DNA from: an uncultured Candidatus Rokubacteria bacterium
GTDB lineage: Bacteria > Methylomirabilota > Methylomirabilia > Rokubacteriales > CSP1-6
Assembly: GCA_963747235.1 (NCBI GenBank)
Contig: CAVVEU010000008.1
Location: 288,001-352,000 of the forward strand
Direction: 5' to 3'
DNA length: 64,000 bases
The first letter of the stretch is position 1. Every line of letters starts with the position of its first letter. The notes under the pieces were generated by a model. It had not been told where the DNA came from and made no database searches. It saw only the letters and a list, made by a program, of their open reading frames with translations. Below, piece after piece: positions 1-11,932 of this stretch. Both the position numbers and the translations under genes were made by a program.

Positions 1-520
1 TAGGTGCCGATGCTCACCGAGGCGGTGGCCGGGATCGGCGGCGAACTCCCAGTTGAAGACCAGTCGTCGGCGGTGAAGGGCTTGCCGTCGTGCCAGGCTG
101 ACGCCCTTCTTGAGCTTCCAGGTCACCGACTTGCCGTCCTTGGCGACGCCGCCGTTCTGGACGCTCGGGATCTCGGCGGCCAGCACTCGGGATCAGGTTG
201 CCGTCCGGATCCTAGGAGGCCAGCGGCTCGTAGAAGATGCGCGAGCCGTCCTGGTCCTTGGTGCCGATGGCGAAGTGCGGGTTGAGCAGGGTCGGCGCCC
301 TGCCACCAGAGCACCTTGAGCGCGCCGCCGCCGCCCGCGCTTGGTGGGCTTGAACATGACGCCTTGCGTCTGCGCCTGGGCGACTCCGGCCGAGGCCAGC
401 ATCTGGCGCCGCCAGCGGGGCGGTCAGCCCGAGCGCGATCATGGTCTGGACGAACTCGCGGCGGCTCAGGATCCCGGCCTTGACTCGGCCGATCATGTCC
501 CTCAGTTCACGCTCTTCCAT
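1..520 (-). CDS. Peptide/nickel ABC transporter substrate-binding protein (family 5), 5' part, runs off the window; frameshifted
   Basis: N-terminus MEERELRDMIGRVKAGILSRREFVQTMIALG (Tat-like RR); WWQ-PTLLNPHFAIGTKDQDGSRIFYEPLA and WHDGKPFTADD motifs; paralog of the next gene. Confidence 0.85.
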
Positions 521-618
521 CAGATGGTCCTCCTCTGGGTAGGTCGACGCCGACCGGTTGGATGGCTTCTTATAAGGCCTCGACCGACGAAACTGTCAAG
601 TTCGCCGCACGGTTCCGG

Positions 619-2421
619 CTATGCCTGCTTGTACCAGTAGGGCAGCCGCCAGAAGGTCGAGTCCCAGCCGGTGAGGTCCATGCCCTGCAGCGCGTTGGCC
701 GAGCCGGAGACCCCGTTGCGCCACAGCACCGGGATCACCACCACGTTCTGGATCACGATGTCGTTCATCTTGATGAAGAGCGCGGCCCGCTTGACCGGGT
801 CGAGCTCGCTGTCCGCGGCCTTGTAGGTGCGGTCGTACTCGTCGTTGCGCCACCGGGTGATGTTGCGGCCCTGCCACTTGTTGGCCTTCTGGGAGCACCT
901 CCCACGAGCAGAACTGGTTCATGAAGTACTGCGGGTCCGGCGCGGTCATGGTCGTGTTGTACATCTGGAGATCCGCGTAGAAGTGCGGGTAGGTGTCCGG
1001 GTTCGCCGGGTCCGACGAGAAGAAGACCGAGGCCACCACCGACTTGATCTCGATCTCGATGCCCGCCTTGGCCGCCGCCTGCTTGACGATGGCCTGGTTC
1101 TTCTGGCGCGGGGCGTTGATCGAGGTCTGGTAGAGGAACTTGAGCCGCTTGCCGTCCTTGGCGCGGATGCCGTCGGCGCCGCGCTTCCAGCCCGCCGCGT
1201 CGAGGACCTGGTTGGCCTTGTCCACGTTGAACTCCCAGCGCGTGTTCTTCGAGCGGAAGCGGGAGGGAGCGTTGAGGAAGTTGGCGCTGGTCTGCCCGCC
1301 GCGCCCGTAGATCTGCTCCTGCACCGCGGCCCGGTCCACGAGCAGGTTGAGGGCCTGGCGCACCGCCGGGTCCGAGAGGAGCGGGTGGGTGGTCTTGACG
1401 CTCGACCGCTCGCCGTCCACCTCGGTCCACGGGTCGGTGAAGTTGCACTGGATGTGCTCCGGGTTCCCGGTGGGCCAGATGTTGACGCGGCCCTTGCCGC
1501 CCTGCTCGATGCGGCGGAGGATGTCGTCCTCCACCTGCATGTTCCAGGCGTAGTCGTACTCGCCGGTCTGCAGCACCGCGCGCGCCGCGGACACCGCGTC
1601 GCCGCCGCCCTTCATCTCGAGCGCGTCGAAGAACGGGCGGTTCGGCACGTGGTAGGCCGGGTTCGCCTCGCCGCGCACGATGTCGCCCGGCTTGAAGTCC
1701 ACGAACCGGTAGGCGCCGGTGCCGACCGGCTTGAGGTTGGCGGGCGCCTCGCGGCTCTTCGCGCCCCGGAACGGATCGAACACGTGCTTGGGGATGATCA
1801 TGCCGCGGGTGCCGCAGAAGGCGTCGGCCCAGAAGGGCTGGGGCTTGGTGAAGATGAGCTTGACGGTGTGGCTGTCGAGCTTCTCGATCTTCGCTGATCT
1901 CGCGGTAGGAGCCGCTGCGTCACCGCGGCGGTGGCCGGGTCGGAGACGAACTCGTAGGTGAAGACACGTCGTCGGCGGTGACGGGCTTGCCGTCGTGCCA
2001 GGTCACGCCCCCTTGAGGCGCCAGGTGACCCACGTGAGATCGCGGGCGAGCGCCGCCGTTCTGCACGCTCGGCACCTCGGCGGCCAGGATCGGGCACAGG
2101 TTGCCGTCGGGATCGAAGCCGGCCAGGGGCTCGTAGAAGATGCGCGAGGCGTCCTGGTCCTTGGTGCCGGTGGCGAAGTGCGGGTTGAGCAGCGTCGGGC
2201 GCCTGCCACCAGAGCGTCTTGAGCAGCGCCGCCGCCGCCGCGCCTGGTCGGCGTGAAGGCGGGCGCCTTGGGCTGGGCCTGGGCGACGCCGGCCGAGGCC
2301 AGCATCTGGGCGGCCAGCGGCGCGGTGAGGCCGAGCCCGATCATCGTCTGCACGAAGGTGCGGCGGCTCAGGCGGCCCGCCTTCACGTCGGAGATCATTT
2401 CGCGCAGCCGTGCTCGTCCAT
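619..2421 (-). CDS. Peptide ABC transporter substrate-binding protein (family 5); frameshifted
   Basis: LSRRTFVQTMIGLG leader, PVGTGAYRFVDFKPG, LSDPAVRQAL; ends LPYWYKQA-TAG. Confidence 0.9.
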
Positions 2422-2433
2422 GGGGGATCCTCG

Positions 2434-3481
2434 TCAGGGGTTGGAGGGCTTCGGGGTGAGCATGCGGACGGCCACGTCGATGGCCTCGAGCATGCTCTCG
2501 GGATTGGCGATGCCCTTCCAGGCGCGGTCGAACGCGGTGCCGTGGTCCACCGACACGCGCAGGAACGGGAGGCCGACCGTGACGTTGACGCCGGAGAGGC
2601 CGGTCCAGGTGCCGCTCTTCTCGTCGTAGTTGAAGCCGAGCGTCTTGACCGGCACGTGGCCCTGGTCGTGGTACATCGCGATCACGATGTCGAACTCGCC
2701 GCCGCGCGCGCGCGAGAACAGCGTGTCGGCGGGCAGCGGGCCGTACACGTCGAGCCCCTCGCGCCGCGCGTCCTCCACCGCCGGGATGATCTGGGTCTTC
2801 TCCTCGTCGCCGAAGAGGCCGTCCTCGCCCGCGTGCGGGTTGAGCCCGCACACCGCGATGCGCGCCCGCGGCCGGCCGAGGCCGGTCATGGTCTGCTGCG
2901 CCAGGCGGATGACGCGGCCGCACCCGCTCGCGCGTCACCAGGTCCGGCACGCGGCGGAGGGCCACGTGGGTGGTCACGTGGATGACCTTGAGCTCCTTGC
3001 CCATCAGGAGCATCGCGAAGTCCTTCGTGTCGGTGAGCCGCGCCAGGATCTCGGTGTGCCCCGAATGCTGGACGCCCGCGGCGGCGAGCGCCTCCTTGTT
3101 GACGGGCGCGGTCACGATGCCGTCGATCGCGCCGGCCTGGCAGAGCCGCACGCCGGTCTCGATGTAGGCGTAGGCGGCGCGCCCCGCCTCGGCGCTCACG
3201 GTGGACTTGGGCAGCGTGGCGCAGTCCACGTTTCCGAGATCGAAGCACTCGAGCCGGCCCGGCTCGAACGTGCACTCCGCCACCGACTTCACCGGGTGCA
3301 GGGTGAGCGGGGAGCGCAGGAGCGCGAGCGTGGCGGCCATCACCGACCGGTCGCCGATGACCACCGGGCGACAGGCGGCGGTGACCTCGGGATGCGTCAG
3401 GGCCTTGGCGATGATCTCGGGCCCGACGCCGGCGGGGTCGCCCATGGTGATGCCGAGCACGGGAACGCGAGCGGTGGTCAC
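2434..3481 (-). CDS. pdxA: 4-hydroxythreonine-4-phosphate dehydrogenase family (PdxA/PdxA2); one frameshift
   Basis: ITMGDPAGVGPEI, SGHTE, GLNPHAGE, MYHDQG, RVSVDHGTAFD motifs. Confidence 0.93.
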
Positions 3482-4690
3482 GGGGTTTCTCCCAGGATCG
3501 TGGCGAGGAGATCGGCGGCCCCGAACCCGCCCGCCTTGGTGAGCAGCGCGAGGGAGCGGCCGTCGTCGCGCCCGTTGTTCTCGAGGACGAGTCGGCCGAG
3601 GGCCAGCCCGTCGGCCGGGGCGCCGGTGAGATCGAATCGTCGCGGGTGGAGCGCGCGGATCAGCGCGTAGGCGGTGTCGCCGCCGGTGACCGCCACGAGG
3701 TCGGGCGTGACGCGCTCCAGGATGCGCGCGGCCGCGGCGGCCAGGTGGCGGGCCACCGCCTCGCGGTCCGCCGGCGCGGTCGCGCTGGCCACGAGCGCGC
3801 CGCGTCCGGCCGCGAGCGCGGCCACCGCGGGCGCGGGATCGCCGTGGCCCCGCGCGTCGGCGGTGACGAGCGGGACGCCCGCGGCCAGCAGGGCGTCGAT
3901 CTGGGCGCGGCTCGCGGGGTGGAGGCTGCCGACGATCACGAGGCGCGCGCGGCCCGGCGGCAGCGCGACCGCGGGCGCCTCGCAGCCGAGCGCGCGGCTC
4001 AGCGCGCGCCCCAGGCCGGCCGAGCCCGCGATCAGGGTGCCGGGCGCCGCGAGGGCGGCCGCCGCGAGGGTCGCCAGGTCGTCGTCGGTCTCCGCGTCGG
4101 CGGCCACGAGGGCGCCGCGGTGGCGCTCGAGCAGGTGCGCGACCTTCTCCGCGCCGGCGCGGACGTCGTCGAGCCCGAGCGTGACCACCGGCGCGCCGCC
4201 CGCGAGCAGGGCGGCCACGTCGGAGGTGGCGGCGCGAAACGCGGGGTCGCGGGCGATCGGGGATTCGTGAACGGGAACGAAGTCGACCAGGAGACGGCCA
4301 TGACGGACGATGCGGCGTTGAGCCGGAAAGGCGGGGCACACGAGCGCGCCGGTGAAGGGCGGGCCGTGCTCGAGCAGCGCGGTCAGCTCGACGCCGGCGG
4401 CCCCGCGCAGCGTGGAGTCGATCTTCTTGAACACGCGCCCCGCGGCGAGCCGCTCGCCCAGGGGTCGCGCGGCGGCATGGATCGCGGCGGCGGCCTCCCG
4501 GGCCGGCAGGGCGCGGCTCTCGGTGTCTATCGTGAGCACGGGCGTGAGCGACGGAGGAGTCGGCGGCGGTGAGGGCGGGCGCCGCGAGCACGCCGACCGG
4601 GCCCGCGCCCGCGAAGAGGCAGCCCGTATCGCAGGCGCCGGTCAGGTCATCGGCGATGATCGTGACCACCTGGGATGCCGTTGCCGCCAT
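3478..4690 (-). CDS. Four-carbon acid sugar kinase (DUF1537, DtnK/DenK-like); frameshifted
   Basis: IADDLTGACDTG, FKKIDSTLRG, TGGDTA, LTKAGGFG motifs; adjacent to pdxA2. Confidence 0.9.
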
Positions 4691-4776
4691 GAGTGGCTAA
4701 CCGTATCACAGAACGGCCCGTTCACGGACCGGCCCCGGCGCGGGGAGGCCGCGGCCCCGCGGTGTATACTCTGCGC

Positions 4777-5307
4777 GTGAAAACCCGCGTCGTCGTGGCA
4801 CTCCTCGCCCTTGCCGCGATCCTGGCGCCGGGCTGGGCCGCGGGAGAAGATCCGGTGGCGGCCCTCTCGCTGATCCGCCCCAAGCCGGCCAAGGACGCGC
4901 CCGACTTCGAGGTCCGCACCCCCGACGATCGCGTCATCCGCCTCGCCGATCTCAAGGGCAAGGTGGTGTTCCTGAACTTCTGGGCCACCTGGTGCGACCC
5001 GTGCCGGGAGGAGATGCCGAGCATGGAGCGCCTGCACCTGGCCTACAAGGACCGCGGGCTCGTGGTGCTGGCGGTCTCCCTCGACTCGCAGGGGGCGAGC
5101 GTGGTGAGCCCGTTCGTCAAGAAGCTCGGGCTCACGTTCCCGATCGGCCTCGATCCCAAGATGGCGGTGCGCGAGCGCTACGGGGTCTGGGCGGTGCCGT
5201 CCACCTTCCTGATCGACCGCAAGGGCAAGCGCGTGCTCTTCGCGAACGGCGCGCGCGAGTGGGACGGCAAGGCCTCCCACGCGGTCATCGAGTCGCTGCT
5301 CCGGTGA
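4777..5307 (+). CDS. TlpA/ResA-like thiol-disulfide oxidoreductase, exported
   Basis: Signal peptide; FLNFWATWCDPCREEMP; VPSTFLID; GTG start 6 nt after TATACT. Confidence 0.92.
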   Translation: MKTRVVVALLALAAILAPGWAAGEDPVAALSLIRPKPAKDAPDFEVRTPDDRVIRLADLKGKVVFLNFWATWCDPCREEMPSMERLHLAYKDRGLVVLAVSLDSQGASVVSPFVKKLGLTFPIGLDPKMAVRERYGVWAVPSTFLIDRKGKRVLFANGAREWDGKASHAVIESLLR

Positions 5308-6041
5308 GCGAATCCCTCGGGGTCTTTGTCGCGTTCTCGGCCGGGCTCTTCTCCTTCCTGTCCCCGTGCGTGCTGCCGCTCTTCCCGTCGTATCTGTCGT
5401 TCATCACCGGCATGTCGGTGGACCGGCTCACCAACGAGGTGACCGCGGGCGCCCGCACCCGCGTGCTCGTGCACTCGCTCGCCTTCATCCTGGGCTTCAG
5501 CGTGGTCTTCGTGAGCCTGGGCGCCTCGTTCAGCGCGGCGGGCCAGTTCCTGCTCGACTACCGCGAGTGGATCCGCATCGCGGGCGGCGTGCTCATCATC
5601 GTGTTCGGGCTCTACATCGCGGGCGTGCTGCGCATCGGGATCTTCGGTCGCACCCAGCAGCTCCAGATCCAGAGCAAGCCGGCCGGGCTGCTCGGCTCCT
5701 TCCTGGTGGGCCTGACGTTCGCGATCGGCTGGACGCCCTGCGTGGGCCCGATCCTGGGCTCGATCCTGACCCTGGCCAGCAATGACCGGACGGTCGGCCA
5801 GGGGGTGACGCTCCTGCTCTTCTACTCGGCCGGGCTCGGGCTGCCGTTCCTGCTCTCCTCGGTGGCCCTCGGCAGCTTCCTCCGCTTCTTCAAGCGCTAC
5901 CGGCCGTTCATCCCGACCGTGGAGCGCGCGGCGGGAGTCCTGCTGGTGCTGGTGGGCATCCTGGTCGCGACGAACTACTACGTGCTGCTGAACTCCTGGG
6001 CCATCAGCCTGACGCCGGAATGGCTGCTCAAGCGTCTCTAA
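5304..6041 (+). CDS. ccdA: Cytochrome c biogenesis protein CcdA (DsbD-family membrane domain)
   Basis: SFLSPCVLPL and GWTPCVGPILG motifs; several TM helices. Confidence 0.93.
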   Translation: MSESLGVFVAFSAGLFSFLSPCVLPLFPSYLSFITGMSVDRLTNEVTAGARTRVLVHSLAFILGFSVVFVSLGASFSAAGQFLLDYREWIRIAGGVLIIVFGLYIAGVLRIGIFGRTQQLQIQSKPAGLLGSFLVGLTFAIGWTPCVGPILGSILTLASNDRTVGQGVTLLLFYSAGLGLPFLLSSVALGSFLRFFKRYRPFIPTVERAAGVLLVLVGILVATNYYVLLNSWAISLTPEWLLKRL

Positions 6042-6059
6042 CCCGGAAGGAGGCCACGC

Positions 6060-6329
6060 ATGGTGCTCCATCGGATCGGACCCCTGTCCGCCGCGAAGGT
6101 GGTCGCGGTGCTCTACGCGATCTTCGGGCTCATCATGGGGGCGTTCCTCTCGGTCGCCGCGCTCTTCCGCGCTGACGGCGGCGGCATCGCCCCGCTGTGG
6201 GGCGTCGCGGCGGTGGTGTTCTTCCCGGTGCTCTACGGGGTGGGCGGCTTCATCGTGACGCTCATCACCGCCTGGCTCTACAACGTGGTGGCGGGGGCGG
6301 TGGGCGGGGTCGAGCTCGACCTGAGCTGA
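6060..6329 (+). CDS. Small two-TM membrane protein (DUF3566-like)
   Basis: SD AGGAGG; RIGPLSAAKV...[16 protein letters not shown] pattern. Confidence 0.7.
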   Translation: MVLHRIGPLSAAKVVAVLYAIFGLIMGAFLSVAALFRADGGGIAPLWGVAAVVFFPVLYGVGGFIVTLITAWLYNVVAGAVGGVELDLS

Positions 6330-7006
6330 CCGCGGATCCAGCGGGCGATCTCGTCCTGCACCCGCGCGAAGACCTCCTCCTGCGTGATCGGGCCGCGCTT
6401 CGGGACCTTGAACGAGTGATCGCCGCCCTCGACCACGTGGAGCGTCGCCGCCGCGCCGAGGGGGGCCAGCGCGGGCCGCAGCTCCTCGGGCGTGCCGAAG
6501 GCATCGCGCGCGCCCTGCACGATCAGCAGCGGCTGGCGGATCCGCGCCAGATGCTCGGCGCGAAGCTGCTCCGGCCGGCCGGGCGGGTGCAGGGGATAGC
6601 CCAGCGCCACGAGCCCCGCCAGATCCGCGACGCCCTGGGCCGCCAGATGCGAGGCCATGCGGCCGCCCATGGACTTGCCGCCGATCACGAGCGGGGCGGC
6701 GGCGAGGTCGGGCCGGGTGCGGATGGCGGCGATGACGTCGCGGAAGCAGGCCTCGAGCGTGGGGGCGCGATCGGGCAGGCGCCGGCCCTGCTCGGTGTAG
6801 GGGAAATTGAACGTCACGGCGTGGCAGCCGCGCCGGGCCAGGCCCTCCGCGAAGGCCACCATGAAGGCGCTCGACTGCGGCGCGCCCGCGCCGTGAGCCA
6901 GGATCAGGGTGGCGAGGGCTCGCGCCGGCTCGGGCGGCGGATACACGAGCGCCGTCACGGTGCCCGACGCGACGGTGACGCGGACCGACTCGGGCAGGAC
7001 CGGCAC
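6278..7006 (-). CDS. Alpha/beta hydrolase (KANL3/Tex30-like)
   Basis: LAHGAGA, GGKSMGG nucleophile elbow, [15 protein letters not shown]. Confidence 0.85.
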   Translation of the reverse strand: MPVLPESVRVTVASGTVTALVYPPPEPARALATLILAHGAGAPQSSAFMVAFAEGLARRGCHAVTFNFPYTEQGRRLPDRAPTLEACFRDVIAAIRTRPDLAAAPLVIGGKSMGGRMASHLAAQGVADLAGLVALGYPLHPPGRPEQLRAEHLARIRQPLLIVQGARDAFGTPEELRPALAPLGAAATLHVVEGGDHSFKVPKRGPITQEEVFARVQDEIARWIRGQLRSSSTPPTAPATTL

Positions 7007-7013
7007 GTCCGCC

Positions 7014-8415
7014 TCAGGCGCCGAGGAGGTGCTCGGCGGCCTCCATCAAGCCTTCCGACAGCGTGGGGTGCGCGTGGATGGTCGCCGCCACGTCCTCGAC
7101 CAGCGGCGGCGGTCTCCACGGCCAGCGTCGCCTCGGCGATCAACTCGCCGGCGCCGGGCCCCACGATGCCGACGCCGAGGACGCGCCCGGACGCGGCGTC
7201 GGCGACCAGCTTGGTGAGCCCGTCCGACCGGCCGAGCGTCGCCGCGCGTCCGGAGGCCGCCCACTGGAATTTCGCGACCTTGACCGTCAGCCCCTGATCC
7301 TTGGCCTGAGCCTCGGCTCAGCCCGCACCAGGCGATCTCCGGATCGGTGAAGACGACGGCCGGGATCGCCACGTTGTCGAACGCGGCCGGCCGCCCGGCC
7401 AGCACCTCCGCGGCGACCTTGCCCTGGCGCATCGCCCGGTGCGCGAGCATCGGCTCGCCGGTGACGTCCCCGACCGCGTAGATGCGCGGGTCCTCGGTGC
7501 GGCAGCGCTCGTCCACCTGGATGAAGCGGCCGCGCTCGGTCAGGCGGACCCGGGTGGTCTCGAGGCCGAGGCCGTCGCTCTGGGCGCGCCGGCCCACCGC
7601 CACCAGCACCCGGTCGAAGCGCTCGGTGCCCCGGCCTTCGAGATCGGCCTCGATCTCGCGCGCCGATCTCGCGCAGGCGCGGTCACCCTGGTCTCGAGGT
7701 GGATCGCGGCGAAGAGCTGCGTCGCACGCGGCGCTGGAGCGGCTGGACCAGGTCGCGGTCCACGCCGGGCAGCAGGCCGTCGGTCATCTCGACCAGGGTC
7801 ACGCGGCTGCCGAGCGTCGCGTAGACCGTGCCCAGCTCGAGGCCGATGTACCCGCCGCCGATCACGAGCAGCCGCTCGGGGATGTCGGGCAGGTCGAGCG
7901 CGGCGGTCGAGTCCATGATCCGCTCGCTCTCGAGCGTGAGGCCGGGCAGGCCGCTCGGGCGCGAGCCGGTGGCCACGATGGCGTGCTTGAAGCGCACCTT
8001 CCGGAGCGTCTCGCCGACCTCGATGCGCAGCGTGCTCGAGTCCTCGAAGACGCCGCGCCCGCCGATGACCTCGACGCCCTTGGCCTTCGCCACCGCGGCG
8101 AGGCCGCGCGCCAGCTTGCCCACCACCCGCTCCTGCTTCCACTTGCGCAGGGGATCGAGCGAGATGCGCGGCTCGCCGAAGTCCACGCCGAACTCCTTGG
8201 CGCGCTCGGCCTCGCTGAGGACCGCGGCCACGTGCAGCAGCGCCTTGCTGGGGATGCAGCCCTCGAAGAGGCAGGCCCCGCCCAGGCGCTGGCGCCGCGT
8301 CGATCACCACGGTCTCGAGGCCGAGCTCGGCGCAGCGGAAGGCGGCGGAGTAGCCGCCCGGCCCGCCGCCCAGCACGGCCACCTCCACCTCGTCCACGAG
8401 ATCGCCCATGACCAT
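7014..8415 (-). CDS. lpdA: Dihydrolipoamide dehydrogenase (E3); frameshifted
   Basis: LGGGPGGY, C-x4-CIPSK redox loop, [20 protein letters not shown] motif. Confidence 0.93.
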
Positions 8416-9776
8416 CGCTCACCATCTCCCAGAGGAGCCGCTCGGGCGCCTCGAGTAGCTGCACGATCTCGGTCGCGAAGCGGGCGCCGTCGGCGCCGTC
8501 GGCGACGCGATGGTCGAAGGTCAGCGTGAGCGGCAGCATGAGGCGCGGCACGATCTGGCCCTGCCGCACCACCGCCTCCTGGCGGCCGCGCGCCACGCCG
8601 AGGATGGCGACCTCGGGGTAGTTGATGATGGGGATCGCGGCGGTGCCGCCGAGGGCGCCGATATTGGTGATGGTGAAGGTGCCGCCGCGCAGGTCGTCGA
8701 GCGTGGCCTTGCCGTCGCGGACGCGCTGGGCCAGGGCGGCCAGCTCCCGCGCGATCTCCAGCACCGGCTTGCGATCGAGCTCGCGGAGCACCGGCACGAT
8801 GAGGCCGCGCTCGGTCGCCACCGCCACCCCGAGGTGGTAGTAGCGCTTGAGGACCAGCTCGCCCGCGCCGGGGTCGAGGCTCGCGTTGAACGTGGGATGG
8901 CGCACGCAGGGCGAGGGCCGCCGCCTTCAGCAGGAACGCGGTCAGGGTGAGCGTCACGCCCTGGGCGCGGGCCGGCTCGAGGTTCCGGGTGATGATCGCG
9001 TCCAGGTCCGTGATGTCGGCGCGGTCGAAGTGGGTGACGTGGGGAATCAGGGTGGCCGAGAGCGTCATGCGCTCGGCGATGGTGCGGCGCAGGTGCGAGA
9101 GCGGCGCGCGCTCCACCGGGCCCCACTGCTCGAAGCGCGGCAGCGGCGGGGCCTCGAGGCCCACGCCGGCCAGCGGCTTGGCGGGACCCGTCGGGGCTGC
9201 GGGCCGGGCGGTGGCCGTCGCCGGCGCCGCGGCGACCGGTGGCCCCGCCGCCGCGGCGCGCACGTCGTCGTCGAGGACGCGGCCGCCCGGGCCGGTGCCG
9301 CGCACGGCCTTGAGATCCACGCCCAGCTCGCGCGCCAGGCGGCGCGTGGAGGGCGTCGCGGCCACCGGGCCTTCCGTGCGCGGGGCGGGAGCGGCGGCGA
9401 TCGGGGTGGGAGCGGGCGGGGCCGCGGCGGGCGTCCGCGCGGGCACCCCGGTCGCGGGCGCCTTGGCCGCGGGGGCAGTCGCCGCGGGGCGCTCCGGCTG
9501 GGCGCCGGCGCGGCGGCCGGCTCCGCGGCCGCATCGGCGAACGTGACGAGCGGCGCGCCGACCTTGACGGTCTGGCCGGGCACCACGTGGATCTTGTCCA
9601 CGCGCCCCCCCATGGGCGAGGGGATCTCGACCTGCGCCTTGTCGGTCTCGACCTCGAGGAGGGGCGCGTCTTCCCGGATCACGTCGCCCTCGCGCACGAG
9701 GACCGCGACGATCTCGGCCTCGGTCAAGCCTTCTCCAAGGTCTGGGAGGCTAAATGTTCGTCGGCATCAGCGGCAT
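8412..9776 (-). CDS. pdhC: Dihydrolipoamide acyltransferase (E2); frameshifted
   Basis: LPDLGEG, VETDKA lipoyl Lys, ATPSTRRLARELGVDL, TFDHRVADG. Confidence 0.92.
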
Positions 9777-10756
9777 TAGAACGCCAGCGTCTCGCGGCAG
9801 GCGTCGACGACCCGGGTCACGTCGGGCAGGTTCGCCCGCTCGCGGGCGAAGCCCACGAAGGGGACGTCGTGGGCGGTCACCCGACGGATCGGCGCCTCGA
9901 GCGACAGGAAGGCGCCCTCCATGATGCTGGCCGCGATCTCGGCGCCGGGGCCGAAGCTCTTCGGCGCCTCGTGGACCACGACCGCGCGGCCGGTCTTCCG
10001 CACCGAGGCGGTCAGCGTCTCGCGATCGAGCGGCGAGATCGTGAGCAGGTCCACGATCTCGATCTCCGCGCCGTCCTCTTCGTGGAGCCGGTCGGCCGCC
10101 TCCCGGGCGACGCGGACCATGGCGCCATAGGCGACCAGCGTGAGGTCCTTGCCGGCTCGGTCCACGTGGGCCCGGCCGATCTCCATGGTCTCGATCTCGT
10201 CCGGCACGTCTTCCTTGGCCGCGTGGTAGAGCGCCTTGGCCTCGAAGAAGATCACCGGGTCGGGATCGCGGATCGCGGCGGCCAGCAGGGCCCGGGCATT
10301 GCGCGGGCCCGACGGGATCACCATCTTGAGCCCCGGGATGTGGGCGTAGAACTGCTCCTCGCTCTCCGAGTGGTGCTCGAGCGCCCGCACCCCGCCGCCG
10401 AAGGGCATGCGCACCACCATCTGGCAGCCGAACCGCCCCTGGGTGCGCATGCGGTACCGCGCGACGTGATTCTCGATCTGATGGAAGCACTGGAAGGCGA
10501 AGCCGGAGAACTGGATCTCGCAGATCGGCTTGAGCCCGTAGAGCGCCATGCCCACCGACGCGCCGATGATGCCGGCTTCCGCGAGCGGGCTGTCCATCAC
10601 CCGCGTGCCGCCGAACTTGCGGTGGAGATCCTCGGTGACGCGGAAGACGCCGCCGTCCACCCCGACGTCCTCGCCGATCACGAGCACGTCCGGATCGCGC
10701 TCCATCTCCTGGAGCAGCGCCAGGTTCAGCGCCTTCACCATGTTCAGCTTGGCCAC
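9776..10756 (-). CDS. pdhB: 2-oxoacid (pyruvate) dehydrogenase E1 beta
   Basis: GEDVGVDGGVFRVT, PLAEAGI, EIQFSGF, ALEHHSES. Confidence 0.93.
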   Translation of the reverse strand: MAKLNMVKALNLALLQEMERDPDVLVIGEDVGVDGGVFRVTEDLHRKFGGTRVMDSPLAEAGIIGASVGMALYGLKPICEIQFSGFAFQCFHQIENHVARYRMRTQGRFGCQMVVRMPFGGGVRALEHHSESEEQFYAHIPGLKMVIPSGPRNARALLAAAIRDPDPVIFFEAKALYHAAKEDVPDEIETMEIGRAHVDRAGKDLTLVAYGAMVRVAREAADRLHEEDGAEIEIVDLLTISPLDRETLTASVRKTGRAVVVHEAPKSFGPGAEIAASIMEGAFLSLEAPIRRVTAHDVPFVGFARERANLPDVTRVVDACRETLAF

Positions 10757-11877
10757 GAGCGCCTCTGGCCTCTCATGGGTGGGCTCGGCGGCGGGCTCGC
10801 GGCCGGCTGGGGGGCGCCACCGAGCCGCGCCGCCATCTCGGCCCGCTGGGCGGCGAGCGCGGCGGGCGGGTTGCCGTAGGCGTGATCGAACATGCCGAGC
10901 GGATCCGGCGGGCCGACCGCCTCGAAGGCGGCCACGTCGCGCGCGATCTCCGCGTCCACCGCTTCCTCGAGGTCGGGCTCGAGCAGGTTCCGCTGCTGGA
11001 GGTAGGCGCGGAAGCGGGTGAGCGGGTCCTTCCGCTCCCACGCCTCCACCTCCTCGGTCGAGCGGTACTTGGTGGGATCGTCGGAGGTGGTGTGCACGCC
11101 CAGGCGATAGGTGACGCACTCGATGAGGGTCGGGCCGTCGCCGCGGCGCGCCCGCTCCACCGCCTCGCGGCTCGCCGCGTACACCGCGAGCACGTCGTTG
11201 CCGTCCACCTGGAGGCCGGGGAAGCCGTAGGCCAGCGCCTTCTGGGCGATCGTGCGCGAGTGGGTCTGCTTCTTGAGCGGAATCGAGATCGCCCACTGGT
11301 TGTTCTGGACGAGGAAGACCACCGGCACGTGCCAGACGCCCGCGAAGTTCAGGGCCTCGTGGAAGTCGCCCTCGGAGGTGGCCCCGTCGCCGCAGTAGGA
11401 CATCACCACCGCGTCGTCGCCGCGGTACTGCGCGGCGTAGGCCAGGCCCACCGCGTGCGGCACCTGGGTGGCGACCGGGATGCAGATCGGGAGGTCGTGC
11501 TGATCGGGCTCGGGCCGTCCGCCCTCCAGATAGCCCGAGAAGAAGAGCAGGATCTTCTGCATGGACCAGCCGCGCCAGAGCATGGACGCGGTCTCGCGGA
11601 AGGACGGCACCAGCCAGTCGGTCCGCCGCAGCGCGGCCGCGCTGCCGACCTGGGCCGCCTCCTGGCCCTTGATCGGCGCGAAGGTGCCGATGCGCCCCTG
11701 GCGCTGCAGCCGCAGCATGCGCTCGTCGAAGCGCCGGGCCAGGAGCATGGCGCGGTACAGGCGCTTGAGCTCGTCGGGGGCGATCTGCGGGTCGAGGGCG
11801 GAGTCCAGGTTGCCGTCACTGTCCAGGATGGACAGGTGCTCGATCGTGAATTGCGGCTCGATGATGGTCCTGGGCAT
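10744..11877 (-). CDS. pdhA: 2-oxoacid (pyruvate) dehydrogenase E1 alpha
   Basis: [23 protein letters not shown]...NNQWAIS ThDP motif, HTTSDDP. Confidence 0.93.
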   Translation of the reverse strand: MPRTIIEPQFTIEHLSILDSDGNLDSALDPQIAPDELKRLYRAMLLARRFDERMLRLQRQGRIGTFAPIKGQEAAQVGSAAALRRTDWLVPSFRETASMLWRGWSMQKILLFFSGYLEGGRPEPDQHDLPICIPVATQVPHAVGLAYAAQYRGDDAVVMSYCGDGATSEGDFHEALNFAGVWHVPVVFLVQNNQWAISIPLKKQTHSRTIAQKALAYGFPGLQVDGNDVLAVYAASREAVERARRGDGPTLIECVTYRLGVHTTSDDPTKYRSTEEVEAWERKDPLTRFRAYLQQRNLLEPDLEEAVDAEIARDVAAFEAVGPPDPLGMFDHAYGNPPAALAAQRAEMAARLGGAPQPAASPPPSPPMRGQRRSWPS

Positions 11878-11932
11878 TGGCGGCGGCCCGTTCTCACGCA
11901 TTCTACCCCGGACCCGGGGTATTCTCTGCGCC

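Noticed and set aside
2003-4690. Apparent kinase-PdxA-SBP fusion (895-aa ORF)
   Set aside because: A frame-hopping artefact of indels; each gene has its own start and stop.
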